A stretch of DNA of 64,000 nt. It comes from Eledone cirrhosa. Its lineage: Eukaryota. Of this stretch, positions 1-11,929 are shown piece after piece. Each line of letters begins with the position of its first letter. Positions within the stretch are counted from its first letter, which is position 1. Below the pieces are notes generated by a model that was given only the letters and a program-made list of their open reading frames with translations, was not told the origin of the DNA and did no database searches. Position numbers and translations under genes: made by a program. The stretch spans positions 407,092,001 to 407,156,000 of the forward strand of contig OZ024741.1 of assembly GCA_964016885.1 (NCBI GenBank), given 5' to 3'.

Positions 1-2079
1 GTGTTGGCAAAGAGGCTCTGCGCTTGTTGTCGAAAACCTGGTGGGAGAAGCGCGGATATGCGCAATCCCGACCAGGTCTATACACGACAACCTTCACCTC
101 ATGCGATACATCATAGAGAGGGTAGGGTGTAAACCCGGCTTCGTTGGGGCCCTGATCAACTTGGATCAGTCTAAAGCTTTCGATAGGGTTGACCATCGTT
201 ACCTGCATGCGGTGCTCGAGGCGGCAGGCTTCGGTCCCGTGTTCAGGGGCTGGATTGCTGCAATGCACAACAGCAACATCTGCTCAAGGGTCAAGGGGAA
301 CGGCTACCTTTCAGAGCCATTCCATATCACGCGATCTATCCGACAGGGATGCCCTCTCTCCTCCCTTCTGTGCGTACTGACTCTCGAGCCACTACTGCGG
401 AAGTTGGAGCTATTGCAGGGCATCCCTTTGGAACCGGGACCTCGAAAAGCGGCGTCGGCCTACGCCGACGACGTGACAGTAATGGTGTCGAGCACCTCGC
501 AAATCGGGGAGATCGGCACCTTACTGGAGGAATACAAAAGGTTCAGAGGAACGAAGCTGGATCGGGACAAATCCGTCGGTTTGCAACTCGGAACGTGGAG
601 AGGCAAACCGATGCCTTCCGATGACGTCGTCGGACGCTGGACGGAAGGACCGGTAAATCTGCTTGGGGTCTGGTTTGGTCCTGACCTCCAGGTGGAGAAG
701 AACTGGAACGAGATGACGGCCAAGGTGTTTGCTCTCACCCAGAAGTGGGCCGAGTGCAAACTATCCCTGAAAGGTCGAGCGGTGGTGGAGAACACTTTTA
801 TAGCGTCCGTCATCTACTACCGCTTGACCGTCGTGCCTTGTCCAGCCAAAACGCTCACCAAAATGGAGCGCGCGCTCTTCCAATTCCTTTGTAAGAAACG
901 GGCTCCTTTGGTGAGAAGATCCATCTTCTGCCAATACCCTTCAAACGGAGGGCTGGGGAAGCTGTTGCTGAAGATGCGCAAACACGCGCTCAGGCTGCGG
1001 CACCTCCACGTATTCCTCACCAGACCACCGGTGTGGGCCCCGTTCGTGGGCGAGAGCTTCCCACGACTCGTCTCGCTGACCGAGCTGCAGTCCTGGGTCA
1101 AGCAAAGACCGAGGAAAATGGGTGACTGGCACATCGAATGTGCTCAGGCGCTCACAGTCCTCTGGCAAACGGACCCGGCGATCAGTGGAGACTCCACTTC
1201 GACATTCTATAGAGGGTTGGTACGCAGCAAATGCGACGAGACGCTCGGAGAAACTCTGGGCGTAGAGGAGGACGAACTGGCCAATCTGTTTGGTAGGACC
1301 TTCCGCCCGGGACCAATGGACAACTTCCAAAAGTCCCTGGCCTGGCAGTGCTACCGAGGAGCTCTACCAGTTCGAGACAAGCTCTACAGACACGGTCGCC
1401 TGGGTAGGGACCCATCGAAAAAAATCTGTCCGAGATGCGGGCGCGACGAGGAAACCGTCGCACACGCATTTGTACACTGCCCGGGCATTACCGACCTGTG
1501 GGGCTATGTAGAAGGACTATTGTCGCGGGTGGGATCAATCCAGTTGACCACCGAGTCCATTGTCATGATCAAACCGCCACCCTCCTTCAAAAACGAGGGA
1601 GAGGTGGTTTTCCTATGTGTTATGGCTATGGTGAAAGAGGTTATATGGTGGACGAGGTTAAAAGGGCTGAGGTCAGACACCTTTCTCTCTGGCGATCAAC
1701 TGATTCGTTTTTTCAAATATCATTTAGGAAGAAGAATCAGGATGGAGAGAGAGGTGCTGTACCCCAGTAAATTTTATAAAAGGTGGGTGAATGTGGCAAA
1801 GATGGCCCGAGTGGTTGGGCCTTCTCTCTATATAAGCCTGTAGGTTGAGGAAAAAGAGTAAGAGAGGAAGGGAGTACTCACTCTTGGTGCTCCTGGAGAT
1901 GAGAGTTGTACATTTTTTCTGGCTGTGTACAACCCCTGTGTAACCCCCCCCCCCACCCTATTGGGGATTTCAATTGTTATTTGTTATTGTATTAATAGTT
2001 TTATTTTCATATACCAGTATGTAAACTCCCCATTTGTATTTGACCCCTTCTTTTGTGCCCTTGTGGCTAATAAAGAAGT

Positions 2080-2083
<4 letters not shown>
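1..2083 (+). mobile_element. Tx1/L1-clade non-LTR retrotransposon, 3' portion (window starts inside ORF2)
   Basis: RT-encoding ORF followed by a 3' UTR with AATAAA at ~2069, ending in a (CT)n/(AT)n tract. Homologous to the element at 35848-41688. Confidence 0.9.
41..1843 (+). CDS. LINE ORF2 C-terminal part: reverse transcriptase plus C-terminal Cys/His (zf-RVT-like) domain
   Basis: Motifs LDQSKAFDRV, RQGCPLS, YADD, GGLG and CPRCGRDEETVAHAFVHC in 600 uninterrupted codons. Confidence 0.9.
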   Translation: MGEARICAIPTRSIHDNLHLMRYIIERVGCKPGFVGALINLDQSKAFDRVDHRYLHAVLEAAGFGPVFRGWIAAMHNSNICSRVKGNGYLSEPFHITRSIRQGCPLSSLLCVLTLEPLLRKLELLQGIPLEPGPRKAASAYADDVTVMVSSTSQIGEIGTLLEEYKRFRGTKLDRDKSVGLQLGTWRGKPMPSDDVVGRWTEGPVNLLGVWFGPDLQVEKNWNEMTAKVFALTQKWAECKLSLKGRAVVENTFIASVIYYRLTVVPCPAKTLTKMERALFQFLCKKRAPLVRRSIFCQYPSNGGLGKLLLKMRKHALRLRHLHVFLTRPPVWAPFVGESFPRLVSLTELQSWVKQRPRKMGDWHIECAQALTVLWQTDPAISGDSTSTFYRGLVRSKCDETLGETLGVEEDELANLFGRTFRPGPMDNFQKSLAWQCYRGALPVRDKLYRHGRLGRDPSKKICPRCGRDEETVAHAFVHCPGITDLWGYVEGLLSRVGSIQLTTESIVMIKPPPSFKNEGEVVFLCVMAMVKEVIWWTRLKGLRSDTFLSGDQLIRFFKYHLGRRIRMEREVLYPSKFYKRWVNVAKMARVVGPSLYISL

Positions 2084-2165
<82 letters not shown>

Positions 2166-3372
2166 CAACATGTTGGTGTGTGATAAAAAAAATGTGTGCA
2201 TATGCAGGCATGTAAAACAGCAAAGAATGTGAATGAACAAAAACCATGAGCAAGCAAATAGCAAAAGCGCACAAAACAAGTAAATGCATTCTACAAAGAA
2301 ATATGTGAATGTAACAAACTGATAATTCAAAGTCAATCTAGGGGAGCAGAGAAATTGCTCAATAAGTTCAAAGTTTTTCAAAGTCAAATAGTTCACACAT
2401 CACCAGTGTACAGAAACTAGTTCTATCTGAAAACTGAAAAAGAAGTTTGTTAATGCCGTTAGGGGTTAGATGTATGGTGTTTTTGTGAGATTTCGTGGCC
2501 AATTTCCCGTCCCGCCACACGGTTGTGTTGCTTATTGTTAAAGCCAAGTCAAAGAATCTTCTGTAGAGTAGGAGTCACCAAATATGGCAGTCACGTCTGA
2601 CGCCATAATGGTGAGAAAACTACTGTCTCAATTTCTCGCGTCCCTGTGGTAACGAGACAGAAGGTATGGTGGTTGCGTCGGTAAAGTTACAAGCCGTTTT
2701 GAAATTTCCGATGTGTGGTGGTTGGCGTCGGTAATGTTATGAAGCTGCCACTCACTGTTCCCTGTATTGGTCAGTGGTTAAACAACGCTGTCGCTGCTGC
2801 TGTCATTGTTGTTGTCAAGCGTAGCCATGACACGTCGGTAGCCATCTTGAAATTTTTTCGTGGCGAAAAAGTTTTTGAAATACTGCTAATTTTTCAAAAA
2901 TCTTAAAAGGAATATTCTGGATTTTCGCAAGTTGCGACGTGGCAATAAAAGTTAAACTGAATGAATAAGAAGGGCTGCGTGATATTCTTACGTCGGTCAC
3001 CACTTTAGCAGCATGGATTAAAGTTGGTATTGAGACACGAGTAACATAATAACGACTTCAACCGCAGTAATTAGAGATGAAATGTTTGTTTATTTATATG
3101 GTTGAAGTTACAGATACAAAGAGGTTACAAAAGGGAATGTGCCGTTGCGCCGTTAAACCGGCGAGGCTAGGGTGCAAATCTCACCGTTACATTATGCGTG
3201 TTGCTGGCTTGAAGTTTCCGGTACAAGAGAGAGATTATTCAAATCTTCGCGGGGAATTTCTTCCTCAGGGCGCGTAGGGATACATCCTCTTCTACTGGCG
3301 CTGATTGGCTGAACTGAGCCAAATCACGCACAGAGAATGTATGTGAGCCCGCGGAATGTAGGTCACTACATA

Positions 3373-3407
<35 letters not shown>

Positions 3408-3828
3408 TTATATATATATATATATATATACTGTATATATATCACACACGTCGTATATACAGAGATAAGATCAAAGTATCGTACAATTTGATGTTTATCA
3501 TATAGTTTGTAATTAAATATTTATTCCTGCCACATTTCACGCCTTCAGTCCTTTATTTCTTACCAGTATTTGTGGTATTTCAAGCTATTCTTGAATTCAT
3601 TCAATAAGTGCATAAATACATTCATATATATATATATACATATATATAACTTTGATAACTTTGATAAACTTGATAGGTTTCGGCCAGTATTGGCCCAGGC
3701 CATGTCTAACTTAATAGCACCACCTGGCGAAGTCTTACAAATCACTGTTTGGGCACCATGGCCCACTCGAGCAGAGAGTTATTGTTTACAGAGGCATATC
3801 CGGGTGTAGGAGGCTATATATATATATA

Positions 3829-4230
3829 ATTTTAATATAGATGAGATTCTACAGGACTAGAACTGTTTCATTCTTTAGAAATCATCAGGAATCTGGGTAT
3901 CAAAAAATAAATATGGTATTTATAGGTCTCTTCAGGTGGTAGGAGAGGGTGGGGAGTGGGATGGGTAGAGGTCATTGGTTGATAGAAAATGAATTCCCTT
4001 TTCTATCAACCAATGACCTCTACCCATCCCACTCCCCACCCTCTCCTACCACCTGAAGAGACCTATAAATGCCATATTTATTTTTTGATACCCAGATTCC
4101 TGATGATTTCTAAAGTATGAAACAGTTCTAGTCCTGTAGAATCTCATCTATATTAAAACTGTTATACTCTGCTATGTATTGAGTACCTTACTTACTGTGG
4201 TTACCACGGATTCAACCCGGAAAAACGTAC
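3829..4230 (+). mobile_element. Fold-back PLE pLTR remnant with hammerhead ribozyme
   Basis: ~160-bp near-perfect inverted arms (3829-3990 / 3999-4158), a ~70-bp unpaired 3' extension, and (TA)n on both sides. Confidence 0.8.
4094..4144 (+). ncRNA. Type I hammerhead ribozyme (mirror copy on the - strand at 3844-3894)
   Basis: AGATTC-CTGATGA-stem II-GAAA-CAG ttctagtc CTG-TA-GAATCT. Stems I and III pair and the cleavage triplet is GUA. Confidence 0.8.
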
Positions 4231-4369
4231 CTATATATATATGTGTGTGTGTGTATCTGTATAATATATATATACGTATTAGTTATTGCTCGCACCAACC
4301 AGAGGTATATGATTTTTAAAGCGATGAAATACCAATGAAGGTTGGAACATCACTGATAAAGGACTAATT

Positions 4370-4724
<355 letters not shown>

Positions 4725-4736
4725 ATCATGCAAGGA

Positions 4737-5012
4737 CGATTTGTTAAGCCTTCACTACATTTATTGATTGGGACGCGCGTTTCGCTATTTATCCGCTCAA
4801 GGTTCAATCTGTATCGATCTGGCCCGACTCTGGAATCAAAAACTCGTCGGACCTCTGTTGTAGTAATGACAGCTTGTCACCAATATAATAGCGAAACGCG
4901 CGTCACCAATCAATTAACGTAATGAAGGCTTAACAAATCTCCACTCACGTTAACTTAAACATCGACTGCTCACCTGGGTGAACCTACAGTAACTTCGCGT
5001 TACACTCCCTGG
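4737..5012 (+). mobile_element. Fold-back PLE pLTR remnant with HHR 3' half
   Basis: Inverted arms 4738-4789 / 4887-4940 contain GAAACGCGCGTC, followed by a 3' extension and (TA)n. Confidence 0.65.
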
Positions 5013-5026
5013 ATATATATATATAT

Positions 5027-5503
5027 GAGATCGGTGTGGAAGTCAGACCTATGTAAAAGACCTGAAGATCCAACTCTTCGTTGTTGTAGTGGTGTCTGTG
5101 CTGCTGTACGGGTTTGAGACTTGGACACTGACCAAGAAACTCATTCAGTGGTGGATGCGTGCTACACCAGAATGCTGAGGATGCCTCTAAACATTAGTCA
5201 GTATACCCTGATGATGAAGAACTCAGAGCTGTACGGGAGCCTCCCAAATGTCAGCTCGAGAGTGGCACAGAGGAGACTGGGGTTAGCTGGACGTGCTCAC
5301 CGACATCCAGAGTTGACACGGCACACAGTGCCGCTGTGGGAGCCCTTGCATGGACACACTGGAAGAGGAAGACCGAGGTTAACATATGTTGATGTCCTAT
5401 GGACAGACACTGGTCTCTTGGAGACGCAAGACATGGCAGCGATGAAGAGGGACAGAGACCGCTGGAGAGAACTCGTCAATGGATCTCGGGAATTTGACCC
5501 GCC
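5027..5503 (+). mobile_element. RTE-type LINE 3' fragment
   Basis: Translates to SVLLYGFETWTLT, YTRMLR, RRLGLAG, LWEP and GRGRPRLTY. A second, more decayed copy lies at ~6050-6240. Confidence 0.8.
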
Positions 5504-6870
5504 CTATATATATATATATAATATTAATATATAAGGGAACAAAGAATCAGTGTTGCATCGCATACATATATAATTACATATTACATATGTTTCACTGTCG
5601 ATCACCTCCAGGAACGATCTATTAATGATCGAACCTGACTCTGGAATCGGAAGCTTCTCAGATATGTTTTAACATGTATATATATGCAAACACACATATA
5701 CATTCATACATGCACTCTAATTTACAATTATAGCAATTGTTTTTGCCACACCGTTTCCCACTCCCGCTACCTTCCATATTGTTTCACATTTGTCTCACAT
5801 TTGTGTAGCGATGCTGTTGACGAGGAGAAATAATTATATATTGATCAATGTAAGAAATGAGTAAAATATTGATAGATCGAATCCACGATGGTGTTGTCAT
5901 ATTAAGGAATTGGCTCAGGAACTTCATAAATTATTCAAGGAGTGCTTTATTTGTCATTAAGTGATAAAGTTTTATAATTCTTGTTCTGTCTTTCGTGACA
6001 ATAAGAAACAATTAAGAGTAATATAATATTTATTTGTGAATATGATTGACACTGCAGTCAGTGCTCCTGTGGGAGCCCCAGCATAGACACACTGAAAGAG
6101 GAAGACCGAGGTTAACATAAGTTGATGCCCTAAGGACAGACACTCGTCTCTTGGGGACACAGGACATGGCAGTGATAATGGTGGACAGAGACCCCTGGAG
6201 AGAACTTGTCCATGGATCTCGGGAATTTTACCCGCCTTAGATAGATAGATGATTGGACAAAAATTAGGGTGGGTAAACCTTTCGACACCTTCTCTAGTGT
6301 CAACCTGGTGCATTCGGCTCACAGCCCAGGCACTCCTGCCAGGGCAATAAGTGTAAACTTTTAAAGTATCGGCCGCTCTTTGATGGATTTATGGTAGGGC
6401 CTGTAGCAGTGGAGTTTTCCAGCGTTCTTGGTCCCCAGACGATATCCCTACTTATGGCTATCGGAGCGGTGTTGGCTGCCCACAGGTGAGAACTCCTTGA
6501 GTTGGAGTAGCTGTTCCAGCGCGTCTCCTTCACCGTCGGCTGGGGTAATATAGTCTCCATCCTGTTGGCTGGGACCAATATGTGGTGGGTAAGTTAGTTG
6601 GAGGTGGATGATACTAGTTCGGACGTCACATTTCCTCATCTAAACACACTTCATATATTTTCTGTAATATATTGGGTTATTTTTCTTCTCTTCTTTCCTA
6701 TTAATCTTCTTGTTCTTTTTCTTTTCACTTTTCGATTCCCTTTCCTGTTCTTTTATTCCTCACCCCAGGGATAAAGATATAGCGGTGACAAACTGGTGGC
6801 ACTACAAACAGACCATATATGGGATTAGAAAAATGAAAAGCAGCAGGTTCTGATGAGAATAACATATTAT

Positions 6871-7050
6871 GAGGGTCGGCTGAAAAGTTAATAGGCTGAC
6901 CAAAATACTCTCATGGAATGACCAAATGAGGTTTATTTTTCAACATAGTCCCTGGAAAGTAACAATATAGTTAATGATAAGAGTTGAAATTAATTCATGG
7001 GTCGTTTAACAGCTCTAGCATCACACTTCTTCATAGTCACCCTATACTCG
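6871..7050. mobile_element. Mariner-derived MITE (related copies at 9513-9711, 20424-20754, 41925-42010)
   Basis: Mariner-like terminus CGAGGGTCGGCTGAAAAGTTCATAGG. The inverted counterpart is clear in the 9513-9711 and 20424-20754 copies. Confidence 0.7.
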
Positions 7051-7169
7051 TATATATATATGTGTATATATATAACGAAGGAAGTGTGGTAAGGAACCAG
7101 GTGGACTATAACACACCAGAGTACTCAATACTTAGGGTAGTAGAGTGGGTAATAGGAAAATGTTCAAGA

Positions 7170-7265
7170 GCCCGAGGGCAGAGCTCAAGCCGTTTCGACG
7201 GGTATTTATGGACTAAAATTATAATTTTTAGCGTGGTAATAAATAGCCGAACTTTTCAAGGGGTA
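7170..7265 (-). ncRNA. Degenerate hammerhead ribozyme, U3-A8 variant
   Basis: Minus strand reads CCCC-TTGAAAA-G..GGCTATTTAT...ATAAATA.CCGTC-GAAA-CGGC ttgagctct GCC(C)-TC-GGG. The sibling at ~19200 has GCCG-TC-GGGG. Confidence 0.65.
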
Positions 7266-7869
7266 ATTCCTTATATGGGAAGAATGTAGTTGTCAAAAGG
7301 ATTGGTCGAAATGTCTTGTAAACATAATTAAATCTCTCATGGCGATGGGTGGGAGGTGGGGTAGCTGAACTTGCCTGTAGAACAATCAGAGAGTGGGTGG
7401 AGCCGGTGAAGCGTTGAAAGTGAATTCTATACAGCAAATGCTAAGGAGTGCGGATGAAATTAGGCTAGCTAGAGAGCAGGCGAAAAAAGAATTCTGGAGG
7501 AATCTGATAGTGGAACGTTATAAAATTAAAAAGTTAATAAATTGAAATTCAAAAATTCAAAAATAATAAATTAAAATAATAATAATATTAAAAAATTAAA
7601 TAGTAAAAAAATAATAAGAAAAACTAGAGTCTAAAATAGCTGCTATATAGAATTTACTGGGGTAGGAGTATTGAGGCTACAAAAGCCTGATGGGCTGCCT
7701 CAGGGTAAGCGAAAGAGGAAAAAGAAAAAGGAAGAGGAGAGGGAGTGGAAGGAAGTGATAAGAAGAGATAAAGGGAAAAAGAAAAGAAGTAAATCTACCT
7801 ATATATGCTGGGGTTTCCCCTATTATGTTCGGCAAGTGGGGAAAAGTAGGATGTTGCAGTCATTGTTTG

Positions 7870-9480
7870 CCCACCCGGACCATGAGGGGGTTTGAGGGCG
7901 AGGTAATTCCTACGCAATCGATGTTTACATGCAGTTACAAGTTCGTCTTTTTTGTTTTGGAGTTGGTCCTTCGTAAACAGCATTTGTATTGTTTCCTCTG
8001 AGCATAAGTTACACGGACAGCGTCCTCCCGTGTAGGTGTTAGCCCTGGATTGTAAGCTCCAAGTAAGATTGTATGTTATTATCTTGGAGGTCCCATTTGT
8101 GGCCCGAAAGTGTAGTGGCATGTCGCCGGGCTGGGTTTCTGAACGTATGTCGGTGTTGGTAGAGCCGAGTCTTAATGTCACAAGCGGTTAATCCTATATA
8201 GGCTTTGTTGGCGTTTTCCGTCCTCACGTTGCATTGGTTACGTTCGTGGCATCTGTTCTTTAGGGGGCACGTAAATCTATCAGGTCAGTTACACCTCCTG
8301 GTCGGCTCTGCACTAATGCCTAGGTTGTTTCTTCCATAGGAGTTGAGTTTCTTATTGTTTGAGGAGGCGATGTTTTGTGCGAAGTTGGGTGTGGTGCTGT
8401 AGGAGAGTTTGGTAGTGTTTTTGTTGATTATATTGTGGTAGCGGTTTTGTTGTGGTTGCAGCCTCGGCATTGTGGGGAGGGTTGAACCACCTTACGTGGC
8501 GTGGGCGGCGGCCTAGCCTGCTTGTTCCGCCAGGGGAAGCTGGGTGAAAGGAGATTTCCTCCCGAAAGCCGCTTCGCTTGAGGGCCTGGTTGTAATAAGT
8601 CGCATGTTCATCAAATATCTGCTCATTAGCGGTCAAACGAGATATGCAGAGGGAGATGTATTTAACCAGGTTATTGGTGATGTTTCTAGGGTGGTTAGAA
8701 CGACAGTGGATGTAGTGAAGGTTGTCGTTTGGTTTCCTGTATGGGTAGTACAGATCATTTTCGAGGTTGAGGGTAACGTCCAGGAAATTGACTCGGGTTA
8801 GGGGCGTCTGTAGGGTGATTTTAAATCCCCAGTCCTGGAAGAAGTTGATTAGGTATTTACGGACTCGGTCCGTACTACTGGGGTTGTACCCTTTGAGGTT
8901 AAGGAGCCCATCGTCTCGGTACAATCCACCGCAGAATGCAGGAAAGATTTCGGTGAGTTTATGTAGTAGGAATAATCCTATATGATCAGTCACCTCCGCC
9001 GAGTCGTTCGCGCCCATACTGACGCTGAATGGAGATAAGGAGCCCTCTTTATCCAATTGGAGTTATCGAAGAGGAGGACTGTCTTCCTGGCGTGGAAAAT
9101 GATGTTTCTTTCCTGGACGGTAATGGGTGTGAGTGATTTGGCAAAGTCCAAAGCGGCCGTAAGGATCGGTAGGGTAATAGAGGCGTAATAGCTCTCTATG
9201 TCTAACTGGATGAATTTATTGTCTCGTTTGTCCTCAATATTCCTGAACCATGAGATGACTTCCTGGGTGCTGACCCAACGGCTAAGTCTCGCATTTTGCT
9301 TGAATTTTGGTATAACGCTGTCTAGGATCTTTTTACTGATTCTCCCTATGTCCGACTTCGTCGGGTTTATAAGCCTGATGGTTGGTTTGCGGTCGAAGTC
9401 GGATTTATGGTCCTTGAGGGTGAAGTAGGGAATCCGTGGGTCGAAAGGTTCAATACGGTCGGCAACTCCGAGGCTGGGGG
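7870..9480 (-). pseudogene. PLE RT + GIY-YIG endonuclease ORF, frameshifted
   Basis: ORF pieces 8990-9535, 8352-9056, 8285-8470, 8039-8227 and 7795-8181 are consecutive parts of one PLE protein. Confidence 0.85.
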
Positions 9481-10396
9481 TGATTTGTTGCCCAATATAT
9501 ATATATACATGACGAGGGTCTGCTGAAAAGTTCATAGGTTGACCAAGATACTCTCATGGAATGACCAAATGAAGTTTATTTTTCAACATAAACGTTAGCA
9601 AGGAACACAGCAGTTATTAATAAGAATAGTTGAAATTATTGCATGCAAGAGTTAACAGCTACAACATCACTCCTTCATAGTGAACCTATGAACTTTTCAG
9701 CCCAGCCTCGTCTACAATACAATAATATAACTTCCGTTATTTTTTTGTTTTCTAATGAATTGTTCGCAAGATTAAACTCTGAGATATTTGACTTTTGATT
9801 TAAGGGAAGTAATTAAATTGTTATTTAGATTCTTTTAATATCGTAAAAGTACAGTAATTTGAATGAAGTTCAAACTGATTCATAAATTTGTTAAATAGAT
9901 TGTGTCCAAGATGACCATTATTGAGAGGGTTAAAAAGAAATTAAGTTCATTAATAATGAAATAAATAATAGAATCAATAATTCTTGAAATATTCGAGATA
10001 TTCATTTTAGCAATCAGATCAGGATATACGTATAATGATATAACGGTATGATGATTAAATTAAGCTAAAGACCAAATGAAAGATTGTTTTTTTTTATTTC
10101 GTTTTTGTTAGGGAATTTTTTTTAATGAAACAAAATAATTCTTTAGTCAATTGAGAAAGATGTTATTTAAAATATTAATTAATGTAAACAAAATTTGTTA
10201 AGAGTTAATTTTTCTTTTTTTTTGTGGGGATAAGCATAACTAATTCAATTAATTACAGGAACTTGGAAATAAACAAATATTTGGAACGGAAATTATTAAA
10301 GGTACGATGGGTAATAGTTAAAATGATAATAGTTAATAGTAAGTTAAAAGTATTTATATATTTAAGAACGTTTAATTAGACAAGATATGGAATAAT

Positions 10397-10750
10397 ATAA
10401 TTGTTCCTACTTTTGGCACAAGGCCAGCAAATACACAGTACATTACTGGTACTTTATTTTATCGACCCCGTAAGGATGAAAGGCAAAGTTAACCTCGGCG
10501 GGATTTGAACTCAGATCATAAAGGGACGTAACTCTATGCTTCAAAGCATGGTGTCCTACTCTCTACCGATACTGCCAATCCAGGGGAGAGGAGAAAGTCG
10601 ATTAAATCGACCCCAGTACGTTACTTCTGCTTTATTTTATTGACCACGTATGGATGAAAGGCAAAGTTAACCTCAGTGGGATTTGAACTCAGACCGTAAC
10701 GGACCGCAACTCTATGCTGCAAAGCAAGGTGTCCGATTCTACCGATACTG
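10397..10750 (-). mobile_element. Two adjacent tRNA-derived SINEs (family A)
   Basis: Consensus TGGCAGTATCGG (A box)...GAGTTCAAATCC (B box)...GCCTTTCATCCTTACGGGGTCGATAAAATAAAGTACCAG...GGCCTTGTGCCAAAAGTAGAAACAATTA. Confidence 0.85.
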
Positions 10751-11706
10751 AAATAATATAATAACATATTTAAGAGGTATAAAAACAAACAAAAGCATTT
10801 GACAAAAGAAATTTCTGATGGTACATCAAATAAAAAGGTACATAAAGAGATATATTGCAAAACATGACCCAGTTTTACAGATATAAAGGAACCAGGAAAA
10901 TAATTATCGGTGTCATTGTAATGCAGGAGAGAATATAGAGGATTCGTTTCATGGCTAATCTAAACTATTATAAAGTAAGGAGTGCGGGACTGCGTACGGT
11001 TTATTTCTTTTAATCCAGTTAGTAAAATAAGTTGGATTACTTTGAATAAATAATGAATGAATATTACATAATTTATCTACCAAATTTCGTTGCTGTTGAT
11101 TAAATATATTTTATTGTTTATTTAAAGATTCACTTCTTTAACATTTTCAAATATCAACACTCCCGGTTAGCGATTGCTTAAATAAACATTCATATATTTC
11201 CGTCACTAATTTTCTTCTAATGCAGTTTATATATAATATCGTCTTTTTTTAACGTATCATGGATTACATTACTGATTACATAAGACAGTGTAACGCAGTC
11301 TTCGTTTTATTTCTGTGTATATTGTCAATTACGATTTTATTTGATGTATTATATCTACATGCATATATATTTGCGTATAATATCAATATACACACTGCAC
11401 AGGCCAGCAGAAAACCACCCGAAGGGTGGTTTTTCTGCCAGTGTTATTAATAAGTTGTCAAATTTAATTATCTATATCACTATATTTGCCTAATATTATC
11501 ACACGGTAAATCTTATCGAAAGATTTCGCCTGAAAGTGATCACCAAAGCATCTTCCTCTTTATATATACATATACGCAGAGGGAGAAAGACACCGTTCGG
11601 TCACGAATGACCATAGAATTTGCACCTAGAAATTTCCCCTCCGAGCCACAATCCTGGTCAATATTGTTTGTGGAAGACCAGCACACACCTACTCTCTCTC
11701 TATATA

Positions 11707-11910
<204 letters not shown>

Positions 11911-11929
11911 TATATATAAGTAAAAAAAA

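Larger units (their letters stand above)
7073..9495 (-). mobile_element. Penelope-like element (probably Naiad-type), 5'-truncated
   Basis: RT remnants (TLKDHK, RLINP, LDIESYY, MGA, YRDDGL, FLDV), WFNPP, CN*..CPL, GIY-YIG (YIGLT..KTRLYQH) and CNLC. The 3' pLTR carries an HHR and ends in (TA)n. Confidence 0.88.

Noticed and set aside
3200-3720. Possible HHRs on the minus strand (CTGAGGA..GAAA at ~3210-3270 and GGCC..GGCC-GAAA at ~3670-3710)
   Set aside because: The cores are incomplete and stem I/NUH are not recoverable by eye.
6250-6780. GC-richer stretch with short ORFs
   Set aside because: It may be a LINE 5'/ORF1 remnant, but no motif supports a call.
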